Positions 22,392 to 32,954 of a DNA stretch of 64,000 nucleotides are shown one piece after another (the first letter of the stretch is position 1; every line of letters begins with the position of its first letter). Where the stretch lies: contig JAKPMO010000004.1 in NCBI GenBank assembly GCA_029548865.1, forward strand, positions 160,001 through 224,000, given 5' to 3'. The position numbers were made by a program, and so were the translations under genes. The notes below the pieces were generated by a model, which was given only the letters and a program-made list of their open reading frames with translations, searched no databases and was not told where the DNA came from. The stretch comes from Caldisericota bacterium (lineage in GTDB: Bacteria > Caldisericota > Caldisericia > JAAYUI01).

Positions 22392-24293
22392 CTACTGGGC
22401 AGAAATTGCGGACAACTCTTCAGAAAGTTCGGCCCATTCATTCTCGGTTTCTGCAAGCTGTGTTTTTGTCTTGTCATACTCATCAAGATCGAGTTTTGTC
22501 TGCTCTCCCCGAGAATAGAAATCTGGGTTTGACATTGACTGTTCAATGTCATTTTTCCTTGATTCCAGCATGCTTATCTTGTCTTCAAGGTTTTTAAGTT
22601 TGTCCTGCATTGATTTTATCTGGTTCTTTGATGGGCCCTGGTCTTTTTTCTTTTGTTTCTGCTGGATTTTTTGGTCGCTCTTGTCTGTCTGTTTTTCAGG
22701 TTTTCTCTGCAGGTACTCCTCGAGGTTACCCCTTGTATCAACAATTGTGTTTCCGTCAAATGCCCATATTGTGGCGCCGATGTTGTTTATAAAATATCTA
22801 TCATGGGAGACCAAAAGCACGCTCCCGGAATAATTTTTTATGGTATCTTCCAGAGAAGCCCTGGCATTTATGTCGAGATGATTTGTGGGCTCGTCAAAGA
22901 TGATGAAATTGGCGTCAATGAGGGCTAACTTGGCCAGAATAAGCCTGCTTATCTCTCCGCCGGAGAGTGATTTGCACGGTTTTGAGACCTCGTCGCCGAC
23001 AAAGAGGAATGTTGCCAGATGGTCTCTGGCTTCCTGGGGCTTGAGGTCGGAATTATTCATTATCTCTTCGATAACAGTTGCTTCGGGATTGAAACTGCCG
23101 AGTTCCTGTTCGAGATAGGCCATAGAAACATTGTAGCCAAGCCACACCTCTCCACCTGAAGGCTCCTCTTCGCCAATTACTGTCTTCAGGAAAGTGGTTT
23201 TCCCGCAACCATTAGGGCCCATCAGGGCTATCTTCTGCCCTCTTTTCATTTCAAGATTGAGCTCACCAAAGAGCTCTCTGTCTCCAAAAGATTTCGACAA
23301 GCCTTTTGTCCTGAAGACGATCTCGCCAGTTCTTCCAGATGATTCAAGGTTGAGTTGGACTTTTTTCTCCCGGGGTAAAGCCTCGACCTGGACGACCCTC
23401 TCAAGGCGCCTTTCCATGCTCCTTGCTCTCTTGGCGGCCACTTCCGTTCCATACCCCTTGAACCTTTTTATAAAGCGGGTTGCTCTCTCGATGAATTCCT
23501 GTTGCTCCTGCAATTTTTCGAGAGAGTGTTCCCTCTCAAGGTCATACTGGGCCCTTGCCTGTGTGAAATTGCCGGTAAAATCAAAGGATTTTCCGTCAAT
23601 GAGTATCACGGTATGGTTGCAAACCTTGTCCAGAAGGTACCTGTCATGGGAGACAATGAGCACTGAGCCCTTGAATTCCTGAAGGAAGCCTTCGAGCCAG
23701 ATGGTTGCCTCAAGATCGAGGTGGTTTGTAGGCTCGTCGAGCACCAGCGTGTCAGGCTCTGTGGCCAGTATTGTCGCCAGTTGCAGGCGTGACCTTTCAC
23801 CGCCAGAGAGGGAAACAACGGGCCTTTTCCAGTCTTCCTTTGAGAAGCCAAGGCCGGACAGGATTCGTTCTATCCTGTGGTCTATGTCGTATCCGCCAAG
23901 CGCTTCATACTGGTGCTGGAGTTTTTCAAACTTGGCAAGAAGCTGTGAGTTGTGGGGATCTTTTGCAACCTCTGAAGAGATCTCTTCAAGCTGCCTACCG
24001 GTTTCATATATGTTTTTGAAAGCTGACCTGACCTGGTCAAACAAAATGACGTCCGAGACATCAAGTGACCTGTCCTGTGCAAAATAGCCAATGACCTTGT
24101 CGGGTTCTTTGAAGACCTTTCCGCCGTCCGGCTCCATCTGGTCCATGATTATCTTTATCAGTGTGGATTTGCCGGTGCCATTTGCGCCAACAAGCGCCAG
24201 CCTGTCGTTGCCGCCAAGCGTGAATGATATGCCATCAAGAACGGCCCTCACACCAAAATATTTTGTTATGTTCTGAACCTGGATCTGCCCCAT
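22392..24293 (-). CDS. ABC-F family ribosome-associated ATPase
   Basis: Two ABC domains (GANGTGKS/LSGGE/LDEPTNHLD; GPNGCGKT), no TM segments, C-terminal coiled coil. Confidence 0.92.
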   Translation of the reverse strand: MGQIQVQNITKYFGVRAVLDGISFTLGGNDRLALVGANGTGKSTLIKIIMDQMEPDGGKVFKEPDKVIGYFAQDRSLDVSDVILFDQVRSAFKNIYETGRQLEEISSEVAKDPHNSQLLAKFEKLQHQYEALGGYDIDHRIERILSGLGFSKEDWKRPVVSLSGGERSRLQLATILATEPDTLVLDEPTNHLDLEATIWLEGFLQEFKGSVLIVSHDRYLLDKVCNHTVILIDGKSFDFTGNFTQARAQYDLEREHSLEKLQEQQEFIERATRFIKRFKGYGTEVAAKRARSMERRLERVVQVEALPREKKVQLNLESSGRTGEIVFRTKGLSKSFGDRELFGELNLEMKRGQKIALMGPNGCGKTTFLKTVIGEEEPSGGEVWLGYNVSMAYLEQELGSFNPEATVIEEIMNNSDLKPQEARDHLATFLFVGDEVSKPCKSLSGGEISRLILAKLALIDANFIIFDEPTNHLDINARASLEDTIKNYSGSVLLVSHDRYFINNIGATIWAFDGNTIVDTRGNLEEYLQRKPEKQTDKSDQKIQQKQKKKDQGPSKNQIKSMQDKLKNLEDKISMLESRKNDIEQSMSNPDFYSRGEQTKLDLDEYDKTKTQLAETENEWAELSEELSAISAQ

Positions 24294-26608
24294 CAGCTCA
24301 CCCAGGCAAGTCCTACTCTTTGTGCCATTTTTCCTTCAATACCTGTCCTAAGTTCTCTATTTTCTTTGAACCTCAACTCCGGGTCATGTTTAATGATATC
24401 CTCTGCGATTTCCCTTGCCAAGGAAAGAAGCGGGAAATTTGAAGGAGTGATGAGTCTTGATGAAGCAAGCATCGGCAGTCCAGACTGCATTGTTCCGCCA
24501 ATGTCTCCGGGTCCGCGCAATTTGAGGTCTTCCTCAGCAACCTCAAGGCCATTTGCTGTTCTTTCCAGAACTTGCAGTGAAACTGTCGGTCTTGACGGTA
24601 TCAGGAAGCAATAGCTTTTGTGCTCGCCCCTTCCAACCCTGCCCCTCAACTGGTGGAGCTGGGCCAGCCCGAACCTTTCAGCGTTTTCAATTATCATGAC
24701 CGTTGCATTCGGGACGTCTATTCCAACCTCAATGACGGTTGTCGAGACAAGAACCTTTAACTCCCTGTCCCTGAACTTGCACATTGTTTCATCCTTCTCT
24801 TTTGCCGGCATCCTGCCATGGAGCAGCCCGCACGGAATGCCTTTGAAATGTGACTCGGTAAGCTCAACGAACTGCTTTGTGGCGGCTTTTGCGGAGAGTT
24901 TTTCTGACTCTTCGACAAGAGGGCAGACAACGTAGACCTGCCTGCCTTTTTCTATTTCGGCGAGGGCCGTTTTGTAGGCGAGACTGCCTGCACCTGTGAG
25001 CACTTTTGTTTCTATAGTTGCCCTGCCCTTTGGCATTTCATCAACCACAGAGACGTCCAGATCACCGTAGATCGTCATGGCAAGCGTCCTCGGGATCGGG
25101 GTGGCACTCATGACGAGCACATGCGGGCAGAAGCCCTTTTTTGCTAGCCTGGCCCTCTGCAGGACGCCAAACCTGTGCTGTTCGTCAACAACCACAAGCC
25201 CGAGGTTTTCAAACTTCACCCAGTCCTCAAGGAGCGCATGTGTCCCAAAGAGGACGCATGGCTCTCCAGAGGAAAGCAGCTCAAATATCTTTTCCCTTGC
25301 CATTTTTTTTGATGAACCGGAGAGGTACGCAGTGTTGAACGGAAGTAATTTTCTGGCGACATTGTAGGTCTGGCTTGCAAGGATTTCTGTCGGCGCAATC
25401 CATGCAACCTGGTAGCCCAGCTTTGCGGCAGAGCTGCATGCACTCAAACCAACAACCGTCTTCCCAGAGCCAACATCTCCATGCAGGAGCCTGTTCATCG
25501 GCCTTCCCGACTCCAGGTCTTTTGCTATTTCCAGACAACATCTCTTCTGGGCTATGGTCGGCTCGAACGGAAGTTTTGAAAGGAAATCCTTTGAAGATTT
25601 TTGTGCACCCTTGATGATTGGAGCATCCTGCTGCCTGTACTCTGCCCTGCGGAGCAGGAGAGCCGTTTCCATGAGCAAAAATTCGTCCAACACGAGCCTT
25701 TTTTCGCAGAGTTTGAGTTGCTCAAAGTTGTCAGGGAAATGCACTTTCTCGTAGGATTCACGGAGGGATGGCAAAGACATGCTCTTCTTTACGGCATTAG
25801 GAAGGTAGCCATCACCAATCTCCGGCATGTTGTCGACGATTTTTTTGATTACGCTTCTTATGACCCACTGTGGGAGCCCAGTAGTCAGTGGATAGACCGG
25901 CACAATCCCCATGTCCTGTATGTCAGTGTCCAGATCGGGGTTTGTCATGTGTGGGCCGCCATAATCGCCCACTTTCCCATAGAGTGCCACTGTTTTCCCG
26001 ATGGCAAGCTTTTTCAGGACGTATGGGTTGTTGAACCATGTGGCCATTATTTTGCCGGTCGAGTCGCCAAAAAGCGCCTGCACAAAATTCCTTCCGGCAC
26101 GCGGTTCCCTGACATCAAGCACTTTTGCAAAGACAGTCGCTTCCGTTCCGGTGGAGAGCTGTGCAATAGGCAAGACCTTTGTTCTGTCTATAAATCTGAT
26201 GGGAAAATGGTTTAGGGCGTCCAGGACAGTCACAAGTCCAAGTTTTTTTAAGAGTTTTGCCCTCTCGGGGCCGATTCCTGGAATGGAAGCGAGAGACATT
26301 TCTGTACCCAGATGTATTTTTTGTTGCCTGGGTACCGGTTTCTGCCTGACATAATGGCCCCTGGCAAACTTTAACAGGTCATTTACGGCCTTTTCCCTTG
26401 ATGTGATATCCAGGGAGGTATAACTGGAAAAAACCTCAATAGCCCTTTTTATGCTGGCATTTTGACTGGGTTCGTCTTTTGCCCACTGGTCGAGCTTTGC
26501 CAGAACAAATTTTGAAAACCCGCCAAACACCGCCCTGTCATCGCAACCCCTCTCAAGCTCGGCCATTGCAGGGCCAAGGATGAGCGTTCTGACAGGAGAA
26601 AGACTCAT
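24293..26608 (-). CDS. recG: ATP-dependent DNA helicase RecG
   Basis: GDVGSGKT, DEQHRFG, MSATPIPRT, QLHQLRGRVGRG, DLKLRGPG. Confidence 0.96.
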   Translation of the reverse strand: MSLSPVRTLILGPAMAELERGCDDRAVFGGFSKFVLAKLDQWAKDEPSQNASIKRAIEVFSSYTSLDITSREKAVNDLLKFARGHYVRQKPVPRQQKIHLGTEMSLASIPGIGPERAKLLKKLGLVTVLDALNHFPIRFIDRTKVLPIAQLSTGTEATVFAKVLDVREPRAGRNFVQALFGDSTGKIMATWFNNPYVLKKLAIGKTVALYGKVGDYGGPHMTNPDLDTDIQDMGIVPVYPLTTGLPQWVIRSVIKKIVDNMPEIGDGYLPNAVKKSMSLPSLRESYEKVHFPDNFEQLKLCEKRLVLDEFLLMETALLLRRAEYRQQDAPIIKGAQKSSKDFLSKLPFEPTIAQKRCCLEIAKDLESGRPMNRLLHGDVGSGKTVVGLSACSSAAKLGYQVAWIAPTEILASQTYNVARKLLPFNTAYLSGSSKKMAREKIFELLSSGEPCVLFGTHALLEDWVKFENLGLVVVDEQHRFGVLQRARLAKKGFCPHVLVMSATPIPRTLAMTIYGDLDVSVVDEMPKGRATIETKVLTGAGSLAYKTALAEIEKGRQVYVVCPLVEESEKLSAKAATKQFVELTESHFKGIPCGLLHGRMPAKEKDETMCKFRDRELKVLVSTTVIEVGIDVPNATVMIIENAERFGLAQLHQLRGRVGRGEHKSYCFLIPSRPTVSLQVLERTANGLEVAEEDLKLRGPGDIGGTMQSGLPMLASSRLITPSNFPLLSLAREIAEDIIKHDPELRFKENRELRTGIEGKMAQRVGLAWVS

Positions 26609-27414
26609 AAGATAATCTGGGCTACAACAAAGAGGGCAACGCAGTAGGCCGCAAAGATGTAGAAATTGAATTTCTGGATGACCTTGAAGAACAGGAAAAA
26701 TGATAAGTAGCCAACAACGGCGGCCACCACAAAGCCAACTATGGAAGGCATCCAGTCAATCTGCATCCCTGAACTGGCCACCATTTTATAAACATCATAG
26801 AGTGTTTTTGCTGTTGCAGCGCCGACTGCAGGAATTGCAACAAGAAAAGCCAGTTTGGAAGATGATTTTTTGCCAAACCCCAACAGCCTGGCTGCGGTTA
26901 TTGTGGCGCCTGACCTTGATATGCCAGGAAACATGGCAATCGCCTGGGCACAGCCAACAGTTAGTGCATCGATCCATGTTGTTTCTTCAAGTTTGCGTTT
27001 GCCACTCATGAGAGAAGCAACTATGAGGAAAGCTGCAGTAACAAGCAAAAGGTAAGAGGTAGTTTTTGGGTCCTGGAAAACAGATTCAATCCTGCTTTCA
27101 AAGAGCAGGCCGAAGATGATTGCCGGTACAACTGAAAGTATGAGGTTGTATGAAAAAATCGAATCTGGCGGGAGACCCCTGCCAATCTTTGGCAAACCAG
27201 CAAAAAAGGCCTTTACATATTTGACTACTTCCGGCCAGAAAAAGACGATTATTCCAAGGAGCGTTCCAGCATGAAGGAACACATCGAACCACATCGGTGG
27301 TTTGCCCCACCCCAAAAAAGCGGGAACAAGGACAAGATGGGCAGAAGACGAGACCGGAATAAACTCTGTGAGACCCTGGACAAAGCCGAGGACCAATGCT
27401 TCAATGATTCCCAC
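26605..27414 (-). CDS. uppP: Undecaprenyl-diphosphate phosphatase
   Basis: VQGLTEFIPVSSSAH, PGISRSGAT. Confidence 0.95.
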   Translation of the reverse strand: MGIIEALVLGFVQGLTEFIPVSSSAHLVLVPAFLGWGKPPMWFDVFLHAGTLLGIIVFFWPEVVKYVKAFFAGLPKIGRGLPPDSIFSYNLILSVVPAIIFGLLFESRIESVFQDPKTTSYLLLVTAAFLIVASLMSGKRKLEETTWIDALTVGCAQAIAMFPGISRSGATITAARLLGFGKKSSSKLAFLVAIPAVGAATAKTLYDVYKMVASSGMQIDWMPSIVGFVVAAVVGYLSFFLFFKVIQKFNFYIFAAYCVALFVVAQIIL

Positions 27415-28163
27415 TATTTTGCCTCCAGAATGGACCTGCAGAATTCGAGGTCCTCTATTTTATCAACATCGACGCCCAGCTCCGGGCACTGCAATATTGG
27501 TGCTTTTATGGTAACGCCAAGCATTTTTGAAATTCTCTTTTCAAGCTCGGGTATTTCGACATTTTTGAACAAAAGCAATCTCAGAAGGAACGGCACACCA
27601 AGCTGGAGGGCCTGTTTTATGGCGGACTTTCTCCTCTTTGATGTTTCCTCGACTATTGGCTCCACCTTTTTGTAGGCGGTTTTGCTGATGTAGAAGAGGT
27701 TTCCGATTTTGACATTTCCCTCTTTGATGCGGAGAAAAGTGCGCTTTGTTCCGGGGAACATCCTCAGGGTGTCTTCTTTGGTTATGATTGGCAAACCAAG
27801 ATCACACCCTGTTTTCTGGAGTGCAGAAACCACCATGTCAAAGGTTTTTTCGGTTACCAGCGGGATGTCGTTTGTTGTCACAACGAGATACTCTGTCTCT
27901 GAGGCATCCACAAGGCGATCTATGTTTGCCTTCTGGCTGTCGCCCTCTTCCAGCATCAGGTCCACTTTTGATTTTATGGAATCCGGATAGCCGTTGCCAA
28001 CAAGGATGATCCTGTTCGTGAGGGAAGCCTTGCGAAGCGCATCGATGACGTACTCAATCGATGGTTTTCCTGCAAATGAAAGCATGCCCTTGTTGGGCAC
28101 GCCCTCATTTGCGAACCACGGCTCTACTCCGCCGCCGCCTAATATTGCAAAATCGATTTTCAT
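27414..28163 (-). CDS. MobA/CofC-like nucleotidyltransferase family protein
   Basis: AILGGG...NKGML...GKP, NDIPL, C-terminal DVDKIEDL. Confidence 0.75.
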   Translation of the reverse strand: MKIDFAILGGGGVEPWFANEGVPNKGMLSFAGKPSIEYVIDALRKASLTNRIILVGNGYPDSIKSKVDLMLEEGDSQKANIDRLVDASETEYLVVTTNDIPLVTEKTFDMVVSALQKTGCDLGLPIITKEDTLRMFPGTKRTFLRIKEGNVKIGNLFYISKTAYKKVEPIVEETSKRRKSAIKQALQLGVPFLLRLLLFKNVEIPELEKRISKMLGVTIKAPILQCPELGVDVDKIEDLEFCRSILEAK

Positions 28164-30493
28164 TTTGGATATGTCAGCGTTATCTTTCTTGTGGCGCCTT
28201 CCCAGGCCACACCTGCCCCAAGAGCCTCTCCGACAAATCTTAGCGGTAACATGGTTTTTGCGCTAATGATTGTTGGATAGAGCTTTTGGGCCTTTGAGTC
28301 GATGAAGACCTCTTTGCCATTTATCTTGGCGGTTTTCTTGCCAATCCACAACTCAACGATGTTTTTCCCATTCCAGAGCGATTGCGTCAGGGTGACCTTT
28401 TTTTCTGCACCATCATAGCCAACCTGTGCTCCAAGGGCCTCTGCGACTTCCCTTATTGGCATGTATGTGCTCCCGCCAAGTTCTTTCGGAAGCGGTGGCG
28501 AGGAAGATGTTGGAGCAGTTTTGAGTGTCACCTTCAGGCCGTTTATAGTGATGTCTGTTTTGTCCAGCCATAATTCTATTGTGACGGCATAAATTACATC
28601 GACCGTTATTTTTTTGTTCTGGCTGCCCAGTGTCGCCGAGATCTCGAACTTGTTGAGTCCTGGGATAAGTATTACTGAGTAGTTAGCCTTTCCATTCTGA
28701 TCCACGGTTGCCGGCTTGCCACCAACCATCACTGTTGCTCCCTTTGTTGTGGAGATAGGGATTGTGTAGCTTGGAGAAGTGGTTCTCAATGGAGTACCAG
28801 AGGAACCATTGACCGAGAGATCAAGAAGTGCTGCAGACTCGACCAATACTTTAACAGGAACAACAATTTTTCCTGCGTTGGAGTCAATTGTCACTTCGCC
28901 TGTCAAGGCACCTTCCGTGTTCGGCTCTAACGTGATGTTTATCTTGCATCTGTCACACTTGAATGATGAAGGATCAACTTTTATCCATGGAGCGCTCGCA
29001 GTAATTGTTCCCTCGAGCATTCCGCCTTCGCCAGCCTGCTCGATGATTTCGATCTGGAGTGATTTTTTTGTGTTCTTTGGTATTTTGCCAAAATCCAGCT
29101 CTGAAGGCTCCACCTTCAGAATCATTCCGGATTTTTTGTAGGTGAAATTTACCGCAATTTCTGAATTTCCGCCGTTGCTTCCAATCGACAGCTTCCCTGA
29201 ATATGGTCCCGGTTCGAGACCAAGTGGGTCAACGGTCATGATTGTTTCAAAAGAACCATCTGGCTCGATCTCGAATTCCGAATTTTCAGTCCTGAGCCAT
29301 GACTCTGAAGACTTGATGGTCGCTGAAAGTTTTCCGGTTCCAACGTTTTTGAAAGCGAGCTTTTTGGTTATGGTTGTCGAAATCTCACCGAGGTCAAACG
29401 ATTTTTCTGCGACTTCAAGCTTTGGCTCTTCGGCCACTTTTTCGCATTCAAACTTCCAGATGATGTTGCCAATCAGTTTTTCGCCTGATTTTGATTTTAT
29501 GCCGGACTGGCCGCTTTTTGCGTAGAGCGTATACTTCTTGCCCTCTTCAAAAGCCTTGTTTGGAGCAAACGTGCACTTTGACCCTGAGACAGACGCTTTT
29601 CCAGGAACAGCGAGGCCATTCTGGTCAACCAGGAGCACCGTGCCCTCGTTGAATGTTGCAGGGTCCATATCCTTGTCAAATGGTAGCGAAAGTGGCGAGT
29701 TTGGCGATACCTTGCCAGGAAGCGGACTGGTGAGATGCGGTGCTTTGATTTTCCATGCGCCATAGGCATAAACCTCGAATGTGTCCTGATCGAATATCGC
29801 AACCGCGGCACCTAATTCTTCTTTTGTCCAGTCTTCTTTGAGATCAAAACTGGCTGTGAGCTTCTTGGTTTCGCCATTTTTGATGCGCATGGTTGAACCC
29901 TTTGCAGAGGGCTTGATTGCATGCACGACATGTTGGAAATACTGGTCTTCCCTGTCCACATTGTCTTCAAAGAGGAAGAAGGTATATCTGAGTGTTGCCT
30001 GGTCGAGAGGACCAAACTGCTCAACCATGGCCTCAAAATCGATCTTTTGCCCTGCGGCTTCTTCCTTCAGTTTCCCATTCAGCGAAATATTGAAGCTCAA
30101 GGGTGAAGAGCGGACCTTTGAAACCGTGTCCTCAACTTCCTTTTCAGTCATACCCGACCTCTTTATGAAATTGCCATTAAAAGCTATCGTCGGATAAGAC
30201 TTTCTTTCGTACATCTGCCCCCTTTTGTCGACTTCTTCAATGTAAAACTCGTCGTTGGGGTTTGAATGCAGCCTTAATTTGATAATAGAGTCCGAGCCAA
30301 GTTCAGACTCGAGTTTGTCCATACTGCGCACGGCAGTGTGACACTTCGTTCAGTTCGGCTCCACAAAAATTTCGCAGAATGCTGCACGTTTCGGAGTGAA
30401 ATCTGAAACGGAGAGCGGCATTGTCCTCGAGTAGACCTGGACGGTCTGTGAAAGTATGAGAGAAAGCAGAACAATTACTGACAGTTTTTTCAC
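28160..30493 (-). CDS. Probable exported selenoprotein (777 aa): signal peptide, Trx/Omp28-like UxxC domain, Ig-like repeats, stalk domain
   Basis: AAGGAGG SD, GTG 30493 overlapping the alr stop; MKKLSVIVLLSLILSQ...AAFCEIFVEPN-UGA(30352-30350)-TKCHTAVRSMDKL continues in frame into the 723-aa ORF. Confidence 0.85.
30316..30343 (-). promoter_or_regulatory. Putative bacterial SECIS element
   Basis: UGUCAC-ACUGC-[CGUGC]-GCAGU-AUGGACA hairpin; apical loop begins 17 nt after UGA with G at loop position 2. Confidence 0.65.
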
Positions 30494-31620
30494 AGCTCGG
30501 CCTCCTTTCCTGATTGTTTGTAAACAAATTTAGTCCTGCCACCAAGACCAGTCAAGATTTCATATGGGGTGGTTCTCAGGACCTCAGATAAATCTTTTAC
30601 AGTAACAGCCTCATCGGTATCTTTTCCAATGAGCGTTACCCTGTCTCCAACCTCAACTCCTGGAATATCTGTTACGTCAATCATGAACTGGTCCATGCAG
30701 ATTCTTCCTACTATTTTGGTTTTTTTGCCCTGAACCAGCACGAAACCACCATTTTTTAGGTTCCATCTCCATCCATCGGCGTATCCTACGGGCACAGTTG
30801 CGATGACTCTTGTAGAATCAGCGATAAAATCCCTGCCGTAGCCGACACTTTCACCCTTGTGGATGACTTTCATGTCGCAAACAACGGAAGTCCATGAAAG
30901 AATCGGCAGAAGTTCCTGGTCGAACCTGCCGCCAACTGGCACCCCGTAGAGCATCATGCCTGGCCTGACCATGTCAAAATGATACTCCGGATAGTTCATT
31001 GTTGCAGATGATGCAGAAGCATGAAGCATTGGTGATGCCCCCATTGCCTTTGCCTCAAGGGCCACTGCAGTGAACAGGTCAGCCTGGCGCTTTGTGAATT
31101 CAGGATCAGAATCAGCCACAGCAAAGTGGGTAAACAGACCACTGATCCTTATTTTTGGGAGCTTCATTACACTTTTTATGAACGGCACCGAGTCCTTGAC
31201 CGATATTCCGGCCCAGCACATGCCTGTATCAACCTTTATGTGTACCGGTACCGGAGCAGGTGTTAGCCTGTCAAGTTCCACTGCAAGCTGGTAGTCAAAA
31301 ATGGTTGGGGTGATCTGGTAATGGAGTATGTCAGAAGCATAGGCAGAGTGGGTATAGCCAAGTATGAGTATTGGGCAGACAACACCCCCTGCCCTTAATT
31401 TGATTGCCTCCTCCGGGGTCTGGACGGCAAGCCAGTCTGCCCCGTTATGGGCAAGAGCCTGCGCGATTGCGACATCACCGTGCCCATAGGCATTGGCTTT
31501 GACAACAGCCATCACCTTTGGCGCCCGGGAGATCCTCCTCACCAGGCCAAGGTTTGATATCAGCCTGTCGATATCTACCGTTGCCAGTGATGGCAATACT
31601 TTCTCTGGTGCAAGACTCAT
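30490..31620 (-). CDS. alr: Alanine racemase
   Basis: AVVKANAYGHG, HIKVDTGM, VGYG, GRICMDQ. Confidence 0.96.
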   Translation of the reverse strand: MSLAPEKVLPSLATVDIDRLISNLGLVRRISRAPKVMAVVKANAYGHGDVAIAQALAHNGADWLAVQTPEEAIKLRAGGVVCPILILGYTHSAYASDILHYQITPTIFDYQLAVELDRLTPAPVPVHIKVDTGMCWAGISVKDSVPFIKSVMKLPKIRISGLFTHFAVADSDPEFTKRQADLFTAVALEAKAMGASPMLHASASSATMNYPEYHFDMVRPGMMLYGVPVGGRFDQELLPILSWTSVVCDMKVIHKGESVGYGRDFIADSTRVIATVPVGYADGWRWNLKNGGFVLVQGKKTKIVGRICMDQFMIDVTDIPGVEVGDRVTLIGKDTDEAVTVKDLSEVLRTTPYEILTGLGGRTKFVYKQSGKEAEL

Positions 31621-32954
31621 TGGCTTGTTACTTTTATCCCTTCGAACCTGATGCTCGGCGTGATTACCGAGATCAGATCTTCAACATCACTTGATACACC
31701 GCTTATGTTTTTGATCATCTCGAATACATTTCCAGCAATCATTGTGCCAAGGAGAGGTGTTGTTATCTTTCCATTTTCGATCAGGTAGCCACCCTTTACA
31801 ACCCCAGAGAAATCACCGGAAGAAGGATCAATGTTTCCAGAATATCTTTTCACAAGAAGGCCAAGTTTTGTGTCTGCGATGAGCTCTTCGAGCGTGGTTT
31901 TGCCAGTTTCCACAATTATGTTGGTTGTAGAGACGGAGGGAGTTGAGGAGGGTGATCCTGCGGCATGGCCATTTGATATGGTTTTGTCCCTCGCCGCCGT
32001 CCTTGCGTTGTGGAAAGGCTCTGTGAAAATGCCATTTTTTATTGGCCACATGATCTTTGGTGCGATGCCTTCCCTGTCAAAGTTTGTTGATTCAAACCTG
32101 CCAGGGCGCCTTCCATCATCAAGAATGGACAGTTTTTCAGAAGCAACCTGTTTCCCCTGCATTCCGGCAAACCTTGACTCGCCCATCTGGATGGAATTGG
32201 CATTGCAAGACCACAAGACAGTTGAAAGTATAAGCTCGCTTAGTGCATCCCCAAAGAGGATTACCGGGCCTTCGAAGCTCTTTCCGCTCTTTGCGCCAAG
32301 TGACTCTATGACGTTTTTTGAGAATTTCCTTGCCACTTCTGAAACATTGATCTTTTGAGGGTCGGTTGTGGCACCAAAGGCACCATCCATTGAAGAGACT
32401 GTTTCACCTTCCTTTGCCATGCCATAGACAAAATAGAAAATCCCGGTCCTCTCCTGGGAAAGATTTATCCCTTTTGTGTTTGCAAGCGTTGAAACAGTGG
32501 AAGCCAGGTTGAATTTGGCCATGTCAACTGAAATCCTGCTGTCGTAGGTTTTGCATTCCAGGAGCATCTGTTTGGCGTAGCCAACAACCTTGTCAAGACC
32601 CATTTCAGCAAGGCTCTGATTGTGGAGGTCGCCAATTGAGATTGTTTCTCCGGGGTCCGGAAGGACATTCGAATCGTCAGGTGGAGAGGATTTGGCAATT
32701 GCCATTGCCTCCTCGATGGCCATCTGCACTTTTGAGTCTTCGAAGGAATTTACGCATGAAAAGCCCTGTGAATGGGAATTGATGACCCTTACGCCAAGCC
32801 AGCTGCCTTTGTCCGAAGTCGCGACGTGTATCTCGTTGTCCTGGGCACTGACAGAGACATTTTTGCTGTGGGAAACGGCCACCTCGGCATTTTGCGCACC
32901 GGCTTTTTTGCACATTCCAAGCGTGCGTTCTGCTATTTCTTTCGTGTCCATCAT
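31617..32954 (-). CDS. pmbA: TldE/PmbA family protein
   Basis: FDREG, SNGHA, SGDFSG...GYLIENG, IAGN; follows tldD with ATGA overlap. Confidence 0.88.
   Translation of the reverse strand: MMDTKEIAERTLGMCKKAGAQNAEVAVSHSKNVSVSAQDNEIHVATSDKGSWLGVRVINSHSQGFSCVNSFEDSKVQMAIEEAMAIAKSSPPDDSNVLPDPGETISIGDLHNQSLAEMGLDKVVGYAKQMLLECKTYDSRISVDMAKFNLASTVSTLANTKGINLSQERTGIFYFVYGMAKEGETVSSMDGAFGATTDPQKINVSEVARKFSKNVIESLGAKSGKSFEGPVILFGDALSELILSTVLWSCNANSIQMGESRFAGMQGKQVASEKLSILDDGRRPGRFESTNFDREGIAPKIMWPIKNGIFTEPFHNARTAARDKTISNGHAAGSPSSTPSVSTTNIIVETGKTTLEELIADTKLGLLVKRYSGNIDPSSGDFSGVVKGGYLIENGKITTPLLGTMIAGNVFEMIKNISGVSSDVEDLISVITPSIRFEGIKVTSQ

Noticed and set aside
28160..30493. Pseudogene interpretation of the in-frame UGA
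   Set aside because: Single stop exactly at a CxxC position, with a SECIS-like hairpin and Sec machinery nearby; rest of the gene intact. Less likely than recoding, though not excluded
30274..30545. Short ORFs 30274..30474 and 30303..30545 (-) upstream of the surface protein
   Set aside because: Alternative frames over the true N-terminus of the UGA-containing gene; no SD or recognisable motif
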